From Paragordius varius (taxonomy: Eukaryota > Animalia > Nematomorpha), in the NCBI GenBank assembly GCA_964247055.1, contig OZ176055.1, positions 7,192,001-7,256,000 on the forward strand: a stretch of 64,000 bases of DNA, read 5' to 3'. Shown here piece by piece: positions 1 through 12,189 of the stretch. Position 1 is the first letter of the stretch, and each line of letters begins with the position of its first letter. Both the position numbers and the translations under genes were made by a program. The notes under the pieces are model-generated. The model was not told where the DNA came from. It worked only from the letters and a program-made list of their open reading frames with translations, and ran no database searches.

Positions 1-24
1 CTAAATATATAAGCTAACACATAC

Positions 25-210
25 AAAGATTTTTTGTTAAATCTAACAATTTTTTTGGCAAAATTTTGGGTTATAATATAAAACGCATTATTTTGCATAC
101 TAATATATCTTTTATGATAAAAAGATTTTTTGTTATATCTAACATTTTTTTTGGCAAAATATTGGGTTATAATATAAAACTCATTATGCATACTAATATA
201 TCTTTTATGA
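25..210. repeat. Tandem duplication, two copies of about 93-96 bp
   Basis: 25-117 and 121-210 align (aaagattttttgttaaatctaac...tactaatatatcttttatga) with a few substitutions and one 3-nt indel. Confidence 0.9.
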
Positions 211-2365
211 GATCAATGGTAGAATAGCCATTTGACAGAGTGCCAACGATTGGCCTTATTTGGGCAAGAGCTAAAACACTTCGGATAAAATACGGTTTAA
301 GCTGTTCCTTTAAATATTCGTCAAAGTTGGGCTTATCATTCAATTCGTGTTGTACTTTGGTATAATTGAAAATATCAATATTAATATAATTATTCTTAAT
401 TTCCGTTTTTGCAGGTTGAGAAAGTTGTAAAAGATATTGAGATGCAAATTTGAGCGTTGAAGACGTTTGTGCAGACAGAGTGATTTCTATCATCACTGGT
501 CTTGATATGGACAAAAAGAAATGTTTTAGGACTCATATAAATTTTAAATGAGCAAATCAAAAAAACCTTACAGTGTTTGAGGCCATTGATCTAGGACTTT
601 ATGAAAGATTTTAAAAATTTGAGATTGTTCAGAATCATCATTTTCCTGTAGTTTATATCCTTGTCTTAAAAGTTTTATCAGGTGAATTTTTTGATGTTGG
701 ACTTCAAAGCTAAGAGGATTAGTTGAAAGATATTTGGCCAACACTTCGTAATGGTGCAGAAATTCATTCTTCAATATATTTATAAATATAATTTTTCTAA
801 GCCTTTTAACCATAATATAACATTAATATTATAAATAATTTTTTACAAATATTTTAGGCTAATGTAAACGGAAATTTAGGTAAAACGGACAATAATACCT
901 CAGAATCTATATTTTCTGCATTTTGTTTTACATGTAAAGTTGAATCATGGTCGGGATTAAATTTAAGGGTTTGAGAATTCATTTTAACGGAATATTTGGG
1001 ATCAATTTGGAGTAAGGCTTCATTTAAATTGGATGCACCTTCGATTATTTCTTGACGGGTTAATCGTTCAACTTTAACCAAGGTCAATTTTTGGCTAAAT
1101 ATATTTAAAAAATCTTGATAAACATTTTTTAAACATGTCAAATTGTGTTAATTATAATTCTAAAGTTGCGGATAAGCTTTTGATCATAAAATTAAGGACC
1201 TGATATCTTATTTGATTTTGTTGATGGATCAAATAAAAAGTTATATCAAAATTACCATAAAGGCAAATATTGGGCACATTATGCCATAACTAAGAAGTTA
1301 GTTACCATTTAATTACATTTTCAGCAATACATGGTAATCTCGTGTAAAATCATCGTTTTTGTTAAATTAGACTTATATATATTCAACAAAAGCTTTTGGG
1401 AGCCTTTTTTAGTTAAAAAATTTGCATTTTCTTGCATCTTATGATAAAGGTTAATTTTTGATTTGGTAGCTCATTAAATTTGGTAAAAAGGTGGAATCAT
1501 ATATATAGTCATACTTAACGGAACAATTAAATATTTTAGTGTAAGGTGATAAGTAAGATGTTAGTATAGTTCTCGATTGACTGCGAACACTTGAAAAATA
1601 TGATAAAGGATCATTGTTTTTGAAAAGAAAATGCGTTTTATCCAACGGATTAAAGTCATACAGCGTTTGAGTTGTGGTATACATATCTAAACTTTTGATC
1701 TAAAAAATAGTGCGCTATAGAGTTCAATATAAAAAAGTTTTAAAAAATAAGTTAAACTATGCTTCGATCTTGTGAGAAAGCAGAAAATGCTGGATGATGA
1801 CAGAATTTATTTTTGCGAATTTTATATCCGGTTTTGTACACATAATTGACTTCGCAATCATGCTGAGTGTCTCGCTACAAAGTTAAATACGAAACTACGA
1901 ACCTCGGTCATATTATGATTGGTAAATTGAAATAAGCTTAAAATTCCCTTTTTAATCTGCAGCTCAAACGGACTCTCCATATTATTGATAAAAAGTGGAG
2001 AGATTTGATTATCATAAGAATGAAAATATAAAGGCAAATTAAAGTTGAGAGAATTTAATTTGGCATCATACACATCAGGTAAAAAGGATACATTATTAAT
2101 CTAAAATAAAATATACATATACTTGAAGTAAATAAAGCTTGTTTACTGAAGTTTGATAGTAGGATTTGTCGACCATTTCCCACAATAACGTAATTTTAAC
2201 ATGAGCGTCAAGGGTCATCGGAATAATAGGATCATTAATGCCACATTTTGACAAACTAGTTTGATAATTGTAGGTTAAAACTTCACCTAACTTTAAATCA
2301 AAATGAATATTCCCCGATAAAAAGGTTAAATTAAGCAATAAATATAAAAGATTAATTTTCCACAT
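167..2365 (-). CDS. MTTP: Microsomal triglyceride transfer protein large subunit-like (large lipid transfer protein family); multi-exon, 3' end uncertain and may continue past position 1
   Basis: Signal-peptide-like start MWKINLLYLLLNLTFL. Motifs VLTYNYQTSL..DAHVKITLLW, QIKKGILSLFQ..TE/RDTQHDCEVNY (after removing the 28-nt intron 1875-1902) and LAQIRPIV..NGYS resemble MTP NIKRGLASLFQ, EVDISGNCKVTY and VQLRPVTFFNGYS. ORF pieces 2096-2365, 1858-2073, 1451-1684, 854-1141, 568-813 and 167-514 are separated by short gaps; GT-AG introns were verified at 2101-2122 and 1875-1902. Middle exons not fully resolved. Confidence 0.65.
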
Positions 2366-2416
2366 GGTATAAAAAGTGATCTCGTGAATGCATTAAAACA
2401 TTTTATTGAATCCATA

Positions 2417-4725
2417 ATGGCAAGCACAAGTATTTTTTTCTTGTCTTACATAAAATAGGTGATTTAGACCGTCAAATCGAAACCTTATTTAAATGTCAAC
2501 TAATAACTGAACAAGAAGTTAAAAGTTTATGCGCCAAAGCTAGGGAAATATTAGTTCAAGAAAGTAACGTTCAAAGGGTAGACGCTCCTGTTACTATATG
2601 TGGCGACGTTCATGGGCAATTTTATGATGTTGTCGATGAGTTACTTAAAAAAGCTGGTGGCCTAATGCCTGACACAAATTATTTGTTTTTGGGCGATTTT
2701 GTTGATCGGGGGTTTTATAGCGTGGAAACATTTTTGCTACTATTAGCACTCAAAGTTAGATATCCCGATAGAATTACTCTTATTAGAGGGAACCATGAGA
2801 GCAGACAAATAACTCAAGTTAAAATATTTTTTAATTGAACCTACCTAGGTTTATGGATTTTATGATGAATGCGTTCGTAAATACGGTGGTTCTACTGCCG
2901 TTTGGCGTTACTGTGTCGACACCTTTGATTATTTGTGTTTGGCAGCTTTAGTAGATGGCCGTGTCTTTTGTGTCCACGGTGGTCTGAGTCCTTCCCTCTG
3001 CTCACTTGATCAAGTGCGGGCTTTGGACCGGAAACGCGAAGTACCTCACGATGGGCCCATGTGCGATTTGCTTTGGTCCGATCCTGATGATAGCTCACCA
3101 TCTGGACTTCAAAAGTAATTTAAATAATTTCACAAAATAATATACCATTTGCACCAAGAGTGTCTTTAAACTCTTCAAGTTGATTGAACATTTCAAGTTG
3201 GTCTTTGAAATTTTTCAATTTTGCATTTATATTATTATTTTTTACCTAATTTTCTTTATTAAATATACAGTTATTTATTTAAAAATAAATTTTTTTATAT
3301 AAAAACTACTTTTTTGTTTCAAAATATTTTTTTTCTAATTTAACGATATTATTAACTTTTAAATTTTTTTTATGAAAAAGTTGTAAATAATAACCCAGAA
3401 AACTTATAAGTGTAAAAATCTCATAAATATTCAAAACAATATTTAAGAATATAACAATTCGGTTTGATTAATTAAAATTTGATATTGATTTAAAATTTAT
3501 GTTAATTATAGAGAATAGGTTAAAAAAGCCTAACTAGATGAATAATCGATTTGATTGACAAAAGTTAAAAACAAAACAAAATAGTTAAAGGACCAACTTG
3601 AAGTGTTCAAGGATCAACTCGATATGTTTAAGGACCAACTTGAAGTGTTCGCGGACATTATTGAAGTGCAAATGGTATACTTGTTTAATGCTCGGCAAAA
3701 TCTTTCCAAATATTACACTAATACTTTTTGTATAATATCTGTTTTTTGTTAAAATAATTATTTTATAGCAATTCAAGCGTAGTAAGTGGATGTTGGGGTG
3801 TTTCGCCTAGAGGGGCAGGCTACTTGTTTGGTCACAGAGTGGCCGCAGAATTTAATCAGACAAATGGGTTGGATTTGGTTTGTCGAGCTCATCAATTAGT
3901 TATGGAAGGTAATTTATAAATTTTTAAAAGGTAAAACTCTAATAAAAATCTAGTTAAATTTTATCCAATTTTAACATTTTATTTGTTATTTTCAATAATA
4001 ATTACATAAACCGTATTAAAATAGATTTATCGGTTAATTTTTTTAATGATTACAAAATTTTGATTTTATAAGCCATCGAACCGGATCTTTTTAATTAGTC
4101 ATACATTAATATTTAGGATTTAAATGGCATTTCCCACCCCCGGCGGATCCAAACTCCCAATCAAATTTACTGGCCGACGATAATCAAAATGCTAATATGG
4201 ATTTCACCAACGATGACAACAACCCAATGAATCATGGTTTTGTATTGTTATCTAATAATTGTTTATTTAATTTTGTTTTTATTTACATTGTAAGTTGATA
4301 AAATTTTAATAAAGAGTGGTCCTTTATTTAATATTCGTTCTATCAGTTTTATTGAACTTTCACCTTTCCATTTCGGCATTACATAAAAAGAACGTATTGC
4401 AATCTGATAATGGGATTTTGTAATTGCATTAGGTTTATCAAATAATTATGACAACGATGCAGACGATAACATGTACAATTTATCGTCTGCATCCCTATCA
4501 GCTGCTGGTAAAGAAAAATCACGTGGCCCCATAAATCAAGCAGCGATTGGTGGACTAGTGCTTACTGTTTGGTCGGCACCCAATTACTGTTATAGATGTG
4601 GAAACGTGGCGGCGATATTGGAACTCGATTCTAATCTTGGCATTAATTTTAAAATCTTTGAAGCGGCTCCGAGAGAAAATATCAAAAATTTGCCTAAAAT
4701 GCCTCAAGCTGAATATTTTCTTTAA
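2417..4725 (+). CDS. PPP4C: Serine/threonine protein phosphatase 4 catalytic subunit, 6 exons, about 396 aa
   Basis: Exons 2417-2429, 2459-2817, 2849-3114, 3769-3908, 4117-4236, 4433-4725 sum to 1191 nt in one open frame. Motifs [48 protein letters not shown] and C-terminal AEYFL match PP4 rather than PP2A or PP6. Confidence 0.95.
3138..3690. repeat. Diverged inverted repeat in PP4 intron 3, arms built from a 21-nt unit
   Basis: Reverse complement of 3138-3210 (aaagaccaacttgaaatgttc...gtgcaaatggtata) matches 3588-3679 (aaggaccaacttgaagtgttc x3 ...gtgcaaatggtata). Confidence 0.8.
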
Positions 4726-4910
4726 TTATATTTATACACATATATTGTACATAGTTTTTAATAAATTTTATATATTTAAATCTATCTTCAAATATAATTT
4801 ATTGACTTGTACCCATGGTATAATTCAAAAAATCCCTATATAACTATCCATATATCCCTGAAAATTGCATTAATATAGTACGAAATATCAGTTTTCCTGT
4901 GATCATTCCA

Positions 4911-6332
4911 TTATTTATAATTCAAAAGTTCTGTAAAACTTGGTAAGTATCCATTCTGGTTGCTATTGAATAAAATAGAATTAGGGAATATTGAGTTATG
5001 TTTTGATTCATATTTATAGGCAGTAGGGATCGGCCATGCGTATTCATTTAGGGGATTTGTAATATCTTTTGAAATGATGGTTGTTTGTTGTGTCGTGTCT
5101 AAATTATATTCAGATGACGGTGTCATCGAGCAAGATTTAACATTAGGATTTGAACAATCAGGTTTTACACAATCAAAATTATCATAGATTTGGCAATTTT
5201 TTCCAATTCCCTCATACATGTTAAAGGCAAAATATGGATCATTTTTGCGATGCAAATCATCAATAGAGTTTGAATGTAGTATGTTACCGGAATTTATAGA
5301 ATCACATAGTTGAGGCATCAAAGAATCAGCCAATGGGTTATTTTCATGTATCCAATCGTTTTGATAATTATCTAAATTACGCGCATTTTTTCCATACTCT
5401 GGTCTTGTCTCAAAAATTGGTTTAATTGGTGAAGTCAGTATTTCAACTAAACTGCTATTGCATCCATAACATTTATCGTTCTTTAAGCCATTGATATACG
5501 TTTTATTTTCTATTTGTGGTGACTGTTTTGGCGTCATTTGTGTTATGTCATCCTCCTTCGTAATTAAAGAATGGTCTGTGAGTTCTTTTAACGGTGAACT
5601 ACTACTATCTGGTGATATAAATTTGCTATTTCGTGGTTTATGGTGCGATTTTGAAGAATGCGTTGACACTACATGAACGCTGCCTTGCGATTTCTGGCCA
5701 TCTCTAAAATCTTGAGATTTTAGCTGGAAGGAATTTGTTGTTTCAAAAGATGGTCTGTGTCTATGACAACTTTCACCCGTTCCTCCACATACAGCTGTCA
5801 TTTCTTTGTCAATTTCTTCTTCAGGGATTCCATCTTAAACAATATGAACAAAATGCTGTCTTTATGGAAAACATAAAAGATAAATTTATGGTTTTATTAC
5901 CTTCTAAGGCTTCCCGTTTATGTTTCATGCGTCTGTTTTGAAACCATACTTTCACTTGTCGTTCCGTGAGATTGAGGCCATGTGCAATTTCAACTCGACG
6001 AGGTCGACACAAATATTTGTTAAAACGAAACTCTTTTTCGAGTTCATTGAGTTGAGTGTTGGTGTAAGCCGTTCTAAGCCGTTTACTATTGTTTAACATT
6101 GGTTAATTATCATTCAAAATTTTGCTTGAAACACAAAAGATAGTAAAATTTTAATTCTAACACTAAAATAACTCTTTTTATCTTACATTCTCATGTTTTC
6201 AGTGGTAAAGTAAAAAAATATCCAGAAAAATAAGGGAGGCAATATGCCAAAAGCTTTATCATCCTCTTTTTTGTATGATTTTATTATCATATTACTGTTA
6301 TTATTATTATTATTTTGTTTTATATCAAACAT
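4911..6332 (-). CDS. Hox2: Hox paralogy group 2 (proboscipedia-like) homeodomain protein, 3 exons, about 417 aa
   Basis: Homeodomain [57 protein letters not shown] carries the Hox2/pb signature ([32 protein letters not shown]). Model: exons 6332-6187, 6085-5901, 5833-4911 with GT-AG introns of 101 and 67 nt, total 1254 nt in frame. Exon 1 is less certain than exons 2-3. Confidence 0.9.
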
Positions 6333-8232
6333 TTTTTTCTGTCAACTGAGGTGAAATACTCTGTTGTTATTTTATTCAGAAAACCTTAATAATGTTAGGC
6401 GTAAGTATGAATATGGTTTTTATTTTTTTTATTGTTTCGTCTTATTGCTTGCTCTTAGTGATATCCTTTTTTATTATTATTATTATGAGGTCACTGATAG
6501 TCATTGAACTCGGCCTACCCTCGCATCCTTGGAGTTTTCAAACAATATGTTCTGGACAAACACTTTTTTGCAAATGTTTCTCAAAAAAACTATTTTGCCG
6601 TGCGCACTTTTGTTACTTTGTTTTTTTTACCTTTTAAAATCAAGTGTGTGGTAAATATTTCTGTTAAATTGGATTATGTAATTCGGATAAAATTTTATAT
6701 AATTGGCAAAACTAATCAACTTATCATGCTTCAAGACATAATGAAATCCCAGCCTATTTATTAAGCAAAAAACTTAAATTTTAGTTTATCAAACTTGCTC
6801 TATTACGCAGATTCACAAGCCCTTTTTAATATAGCTTTTAACCACTTTAAGATAGTTAAAATTGTCATTTTTATAGGTTGTATATACGTGAGCTTTATTT
6901 CAATGTTAATAATCAAATAGATTTTTTAAAATTGTACTGTATTATAATTGCAAATACTTTTCTAATCACTTTCAAACGTAACATTTAATTTTAAAGCTCT
7001 AAGTTATAAATAGTCCTAAACAAATATTGTTTCCGAAATATATGACTTGGCTAACGGCGCAAATTTTTTCATTATAATACTGAACATGTGCCCACCCAAA
7101 GATTTTCTTCCGAAACAAATATTTTTATCTCGGGGATCGCACCACATAAACACCTTATAAAGTCGTTATCTTATGTTAATTGATTTGCGCATTTTACTTA
7201 GATTATAAAACTGTGCGCAAAGGGGATCATCTCCGTTTATGAATCACATATTATTCCATATCTATAAGCTTTACGATAAGAATATTGAAATGATAAATGG
7301 GTTTAACAGGCTAGAAAAAAAGTTATTTTAATCCTATTAGTCAAAATCAAAAATCGCACTTTTGTCTCACATTAGGTCGAATAAAATCTTTACAATAGAA
7401 AAAAACGCGTCAAAACTTGTCAATATATACCACGGCTTAAAACCAAAACCATTGTAACCAGAATTCGGTTCCCGAAATATTATCAGGAACCGATGTAGCG
7501 GTTTCAAACCCCGGTTCCATTTTAAAATTCTTAGGAACCTGCGCGGTTCGGTTCTCCCAGGAACAATTTTTTAGAATTATTGGATCACATAATAACACAA
7601 ATAATCAAGCTAGTACAGCCTTGTTTTACCCAAAAAAGAACAAAAGTATAAGCATAAGGTAACTGCACTCCAAAAAAATTACGCGAGTCACCTGCAATAA
7701 TTATTTTACTCGTTGGTCGAACCATACACTACATAGCTCTTAAACATATCAGAATAAAATTAGAAATTGTAAACACACTATACCTTCTTTTAAAAATTAT
7801 TATAGCGATATCTCGACATTTTCGCATTTTGAGAAAACCAGCCCAGTTTAGCCGAAAATTTGAATTTTTAAATGTTGAGTCTTTCAAATATAATTTATAA
7901 TGTATTTTAATGTTATTTTTGGAATAAACCATTTAACTTTCACCAAAATAATTAATTAGCTTAATGCGTGGGAATTTGGCGATTTTCAAAATGGACCAAT
8001 TACCTAAGAGTTTAGCTTAATATTTCGTAAGGTCCAAAACAAAGCAATATGAAAGTCGGGATATTTTTTTATTGGAAAAATTTCTTTAGATTTTAGAATA
8101 TTATTTTGTGGGCAATGCACTGAGTAAGTGTCTGAGAGAAGAGAAAAAAGTATAACTATCATTGTTCATAAATTATAAATTTATAAATACAAAAAATTAT
8201 AATACAAAAGCTACAGTTTTCGCCAAAAATAA

Positions 8233-8788
8233 TTACTTGGATACAACACATTCATTCCAGTCCTTCGATTCAAATTGGAGTAGTTAGATACCTTTAAAAT
8301 TAAATAATTTAAAAAATATCGAATAAATTGAAACCATAGCAAAGGTTTGCAGTTATATAACATTATTCATTCGTAATATAATAAAAAATTGATTCAAAAA
8401 ACTTGATATTACTTTTTCAAAGGTAAAACCCCAAGGTAAAAATTTAGCCAACATGATATGAGTGCATAAGCTAAATATAAAAATAATGGAAAATACACCA
8501 CTTTTTCTGTTTATATCACTGAATGTTATTTAATAAATAGTATACTTAATTTTAGGCTTAGAATTAAAAAAACTCTATATCTTGCAAAAATGTTGTAAAA
8601 TAAAGATGGCATCCAAGTAGTTTGATGCGTAACTTTTTTTCCAAAACTAAATTTTATTTAGATATTTTGGCTTATTTATATAATTTTTATTGGGATAAAA
8701 GCATAAATTTAATTTGGAACCGTTTCTTTCAGTTTTTTTTAAAAATATCAACTAAATATTGTCTGGGGTATCAATTTGAATCAAAGTG
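8233..8788 (+). mobile_element. Non-autonomous piggyBac-type MITE family copy (about 570 bp), degraded ends
   Basis: Shares ttggatacaacac..ccttcgattcaaattgg..ccatggcaaa..atggcgtc/atggcatc..gtctggggta with copies at 13373, 14379, 32359 and 53489-55408. Confidence 0.75.
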
Positions 8789-8807
8789 TTTACATAGCTC
8801 TCCCACC

Positions 8808-9440
8808 GATAATTATTCTTAATAATTTGCAATGTGATGGAGATAAAAATAATTAAAAACATATTTAATAAAAAGAATATCTTTAATTATTCTATTACGG
8901 GTTTTGGCATAGGCTCAAATATTGTTTAGTCAAAATCGACCATATTTAAACTGTCCCTTAGAAAAATATTTAACTATCATTGGATTTATTTTAAAATTTA
9001 AGTTTTACGAAATCATGGTTAAAAGTTGTATTTTGAAATTGTGTTCACACAGCTGGGATCAGCTTCTTAAGTTTTTGGAAACTTTGCCTTTATAGGGCAA
9101 ATTTTGGAATCATCTTTGATCCCATCGTCTCATGGGTTGTTGAAAAAATACTTCAACACTTAATGATCGTTATATGATGGGGTATTTTTAGGGCATCAAG
9201 GCCTTAACGGCTAAAAAAATGCCTGACCTTATTGTGGGTAACATTTTAATCATCTATTGAACACATATGGCCTGATAGGTTTTCTGAAATTTAGCCCTAA
9301 ACTCTATTTCGATATGACCGGGTAGTTTTTAGTGAGTATCTGTTTTTTCAGCGGCCAATATAAACGCACGACTAAAATATTTGCCTTTTGACAGGAAATA
9401 CCTGAAATCCTTATTGAATTTTTACAGCCTCATACATTAA
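8808..9440 (-). repeat. Inverted copy of the distal part of the element at 15979-18315
   Basis: Reverse complement aligns with about 17360-18315 (e.g. taagggacagtttaaatatggt, tgaacacaatttcaaaat, ataattattcttaataa). Confidence 0.8.
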
Positions 9441-10738
9441 AGTGACCAGATAGGCTGTTTTTCGCAGTACAGTACTGGGTTTTCGAAAAAAAACCGCGCC
9501 TGTACTGCGCTGACTTTTGTACTGCTTTTTGAAATAATTTTTTTAATAAATATGTTTTTAATTACCATTTATTTATACAAGTTTTGTTTGTATAATTCAA
9601 TAGTACCCTTAGTTAAAATAAATAAATGGTTTTCTTGCTGTAAAAAACTATGGTCTTTAATTTTAATATATTATTTTCTGCTCTAATTATACACGGAGTT
9701 GGGTTTTGGACGGGTCAAATCGCTTATGAATGCAGCCATTCGCGTAGTGGCGGAACTATATATATCAGACTCCAGATTTAGGCCAACCTTTCACTCAGGG
9801 CTTCAGCAAAAGCGACCTCAAAAATAAACAAAAAATAAACTATTTTAGTAATTTTATCTTTTGAAAATTCATTTCATATAAGTTTCAGCTAAATTAAATT
9901 TATTTAGGTTTACTTTAATTATAATTATCAAACGGAAAATTTTTATATTTCGGCAACATATTATTTTTAAATTTGATTATATTTGGTTTAGATATAACCT
10001 TTTTTTTCTAGGAATAAAACAACTTTTTTATGTTTTGGGTGGGAGGTATGTTCCTCAATTTTTTGCTTCCCTAAACTTTAATTTTTAGCCAGTTTTCTTT
10101 ACATTCTTTTGTGCATAAACAAATTTATAGACCTATTTTAATTTTGGCACACACACATAATATTTTTTTTATTAATTCTTTTTATTTTAATTTTCTTTTC
10201 CGTGCCTTTTCCTATAAACAAAATATGGACTACGGAAAAAACACAACTCACAATAGATACCTTGAAAGCAATTGTAATAGTCAAAAATACAGAAAAAAAT
10301 TGCGAAGTAAATTTCGCAAAACCATAAATTATTGGGACAAATACATAAATCTGAAAAATATATAAAATTTATTATTTTTAAATATTATTAAAAATATAAT
10401 TATTACTAATAATTATGTCACGTCATATACAATTGATTGGGTAGACTCAGAACTATTCGAATTATTTTTGAATTTTACACTGTAGCAAAGTCGTATGAAT
10501 AATTTTCCATCCATTCTCCTATCTTTTTATCATCAACGCATACCTACTGTCAAATAGTAATTTTTTCTAAAAAGCGATGGAACAGAACTTTCATAAGATC
10601 GTGTGTGAATGATTTTATCTGCACGGCAACATCTTATAAAAACCAGATATATTGTTTCCCTCTATTTTTATTATCATATATTGGTAATTATATTGTTTTT
10701 GACAATTAGCATTTATTAAAACAAACATACCATTATAA

Positions 10739-11305
10739 TCTATATATTTATAAAAATGGAAAGTAGTGGCTTGGTGATCTATTTCCAAACCGGTAGACCC
10801 ATTCAAACCAAATGTCGAAAAAATATAATCATTAATGAATGCCCCGACAATAGCTTCGCCCTTTTGTTGAATTAGGCCCCCAGTTCTTGCCTACCCCGTC
10901 TAAAAAACTGTTTTTTTAAAAAGTCCACAAAAAGCGTGTCTTTGAGAGAATTTTCTGGAAAACGTGTTGGGCCATTCAATTTCAAATATGATTTTGTTGA
11001 ATTTTCGATTACGCCGAACATAATTGGCTCCCTTTTTTAGTTAAGGCCCTTTTACCCGCTCCTCCCGTAAAATGCCATTTTTCCAAAAAAATTCAAAAGT
11101 AATTGTTTGAATCTATTTTTCGCTCAAGTAAACAATATATTAGTATGAATGCACCGTTTTGAAATTCCTATGAGATCATAGCTAACAAATAATGTTTCGA
11201 AATAATCCACGTATATAGATCATTTTATTGTCCCTTTTTTCAAATAGCCCCCCCCCCCCCAGTCGGAAGGACTTCCGCTGCGTAGCAGCACGAGATTTAC
11301 GCTAG
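10739..11305 (+). mobile_element. Non-autonomous Helitron-like element
   Basis: Begins a|TCTATATATTTATAAAAATGG, ends with GC hairpin gctgcgtagcagc then CTAG|t; inserted between A and T with no TSD, the Helitron hallmarks. Confidence 0.8.
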
Positions 11306-11409
11306 TATTATTATATATCCATCTATATGACATATGATATAATTATATGTACATACATTTATATTAAATTTTTAATAAATTTATTGTTAAATATTTTAAT
11401 TGTTTCTAA

Positions 11410-12058
11410 TCTATATATTTATAAAAATGGAAAATGCTGGCTTTGTGATCTGGTACAGGAAAACCGGTAGACCCAATCAAATCCAAATATCGAAAAAATA
11501 TAATCATTAATAAATGTCCCGACAATAGCTTCGCCCTTTTTTTTGAAATAGGCCCCCTGTTCGGGCCCACCCCGTATGAAAAACGGGTTTTTTTTAAAAA
11601 AAAAGTCCACAAAATCGTGTTTTTGAGACAATTTTCCAGAGAACGTGTTGGACCATTCAATTTCAAATATGATTTTTGTTTACTTATTTTCGATTGCGCC
11701 GAATATAGTCGAGTCACTTTTTTGATTTAGGCCCTCTTTTTACCCGCTCCCCCCGTAAAATGCCATTTTTTTCAAAAAAAACAAAGTCCACAAAAATATT
11801 TTTTTGATTGTATTTTTTTGCCCACGGTAAAAAATTTTAGTCAAGCGTTTCTTTGATGATAGATGCTGAGTAAGGAGTATCTATCATATGTATAGCATGT
11901 TAAAAGATATATGGATATTAATACATTATTTATGATAATCTATATATTTATAAAAATGGAAAATGCTGGCTTTGTGATCTACAGGAAAAACGGTAGACCC
12001 ATTCAAATCCAAACTTCGAACCCCCCACCCCCCAGAAGTCCGAAGGACTTCACGCTAG
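11410..12058 (+). mobile_element. Helitron-like element (composite; second 5' end at 11939)
   Basis: 5' TCTATATATTTATAAAAATGG at 11410 and 11939; 3' hairpin gaagtccgaaggacttc followed by CTAG|t at 12055-12059. Confidence 0.8.
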
Positions 12059-12189
12059 TGAGCTTATAAATAGTAACGAACAATATCATTTAATATAAAA
12101 CACCAAAAATTCGGTTAAAAATAGGCAAAGTATGTTTTAATTTTGTACTGCGCCAGGGTTCTAAATATCTGGTCACATTATCATACATT

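Noticed and set aside
3585-3670. 21-nt repeats as a CRISPR-like array
   Set aside because: Units are contiguous with no spacers, the context is a eukaryotic intron, and there are no cas genes.
5860-5864. Alternative shorter acceptor for Hox2 intron 2 (ataaag|acagc)
   Set aside because: Leads to a stop within about 20 codons and misses the 296-codon terminal frame.
5491-5941. Plus-strand ORFs 5491-5676 and 5735-5941, and minus-strand 2892-3101
   Set aside because: Shadows of Hox2 and PP4 coding sequence on the opposite strand.
11406-11717. Recurrent ORFs with similar peptides (11406-11717, 15921-16214, 55852-56148, 10615-10806) suggesting a gene family
   Set aside because: They are translations of the non-coding Helitron-like repeat; frames differ between copies and are broken by indels.
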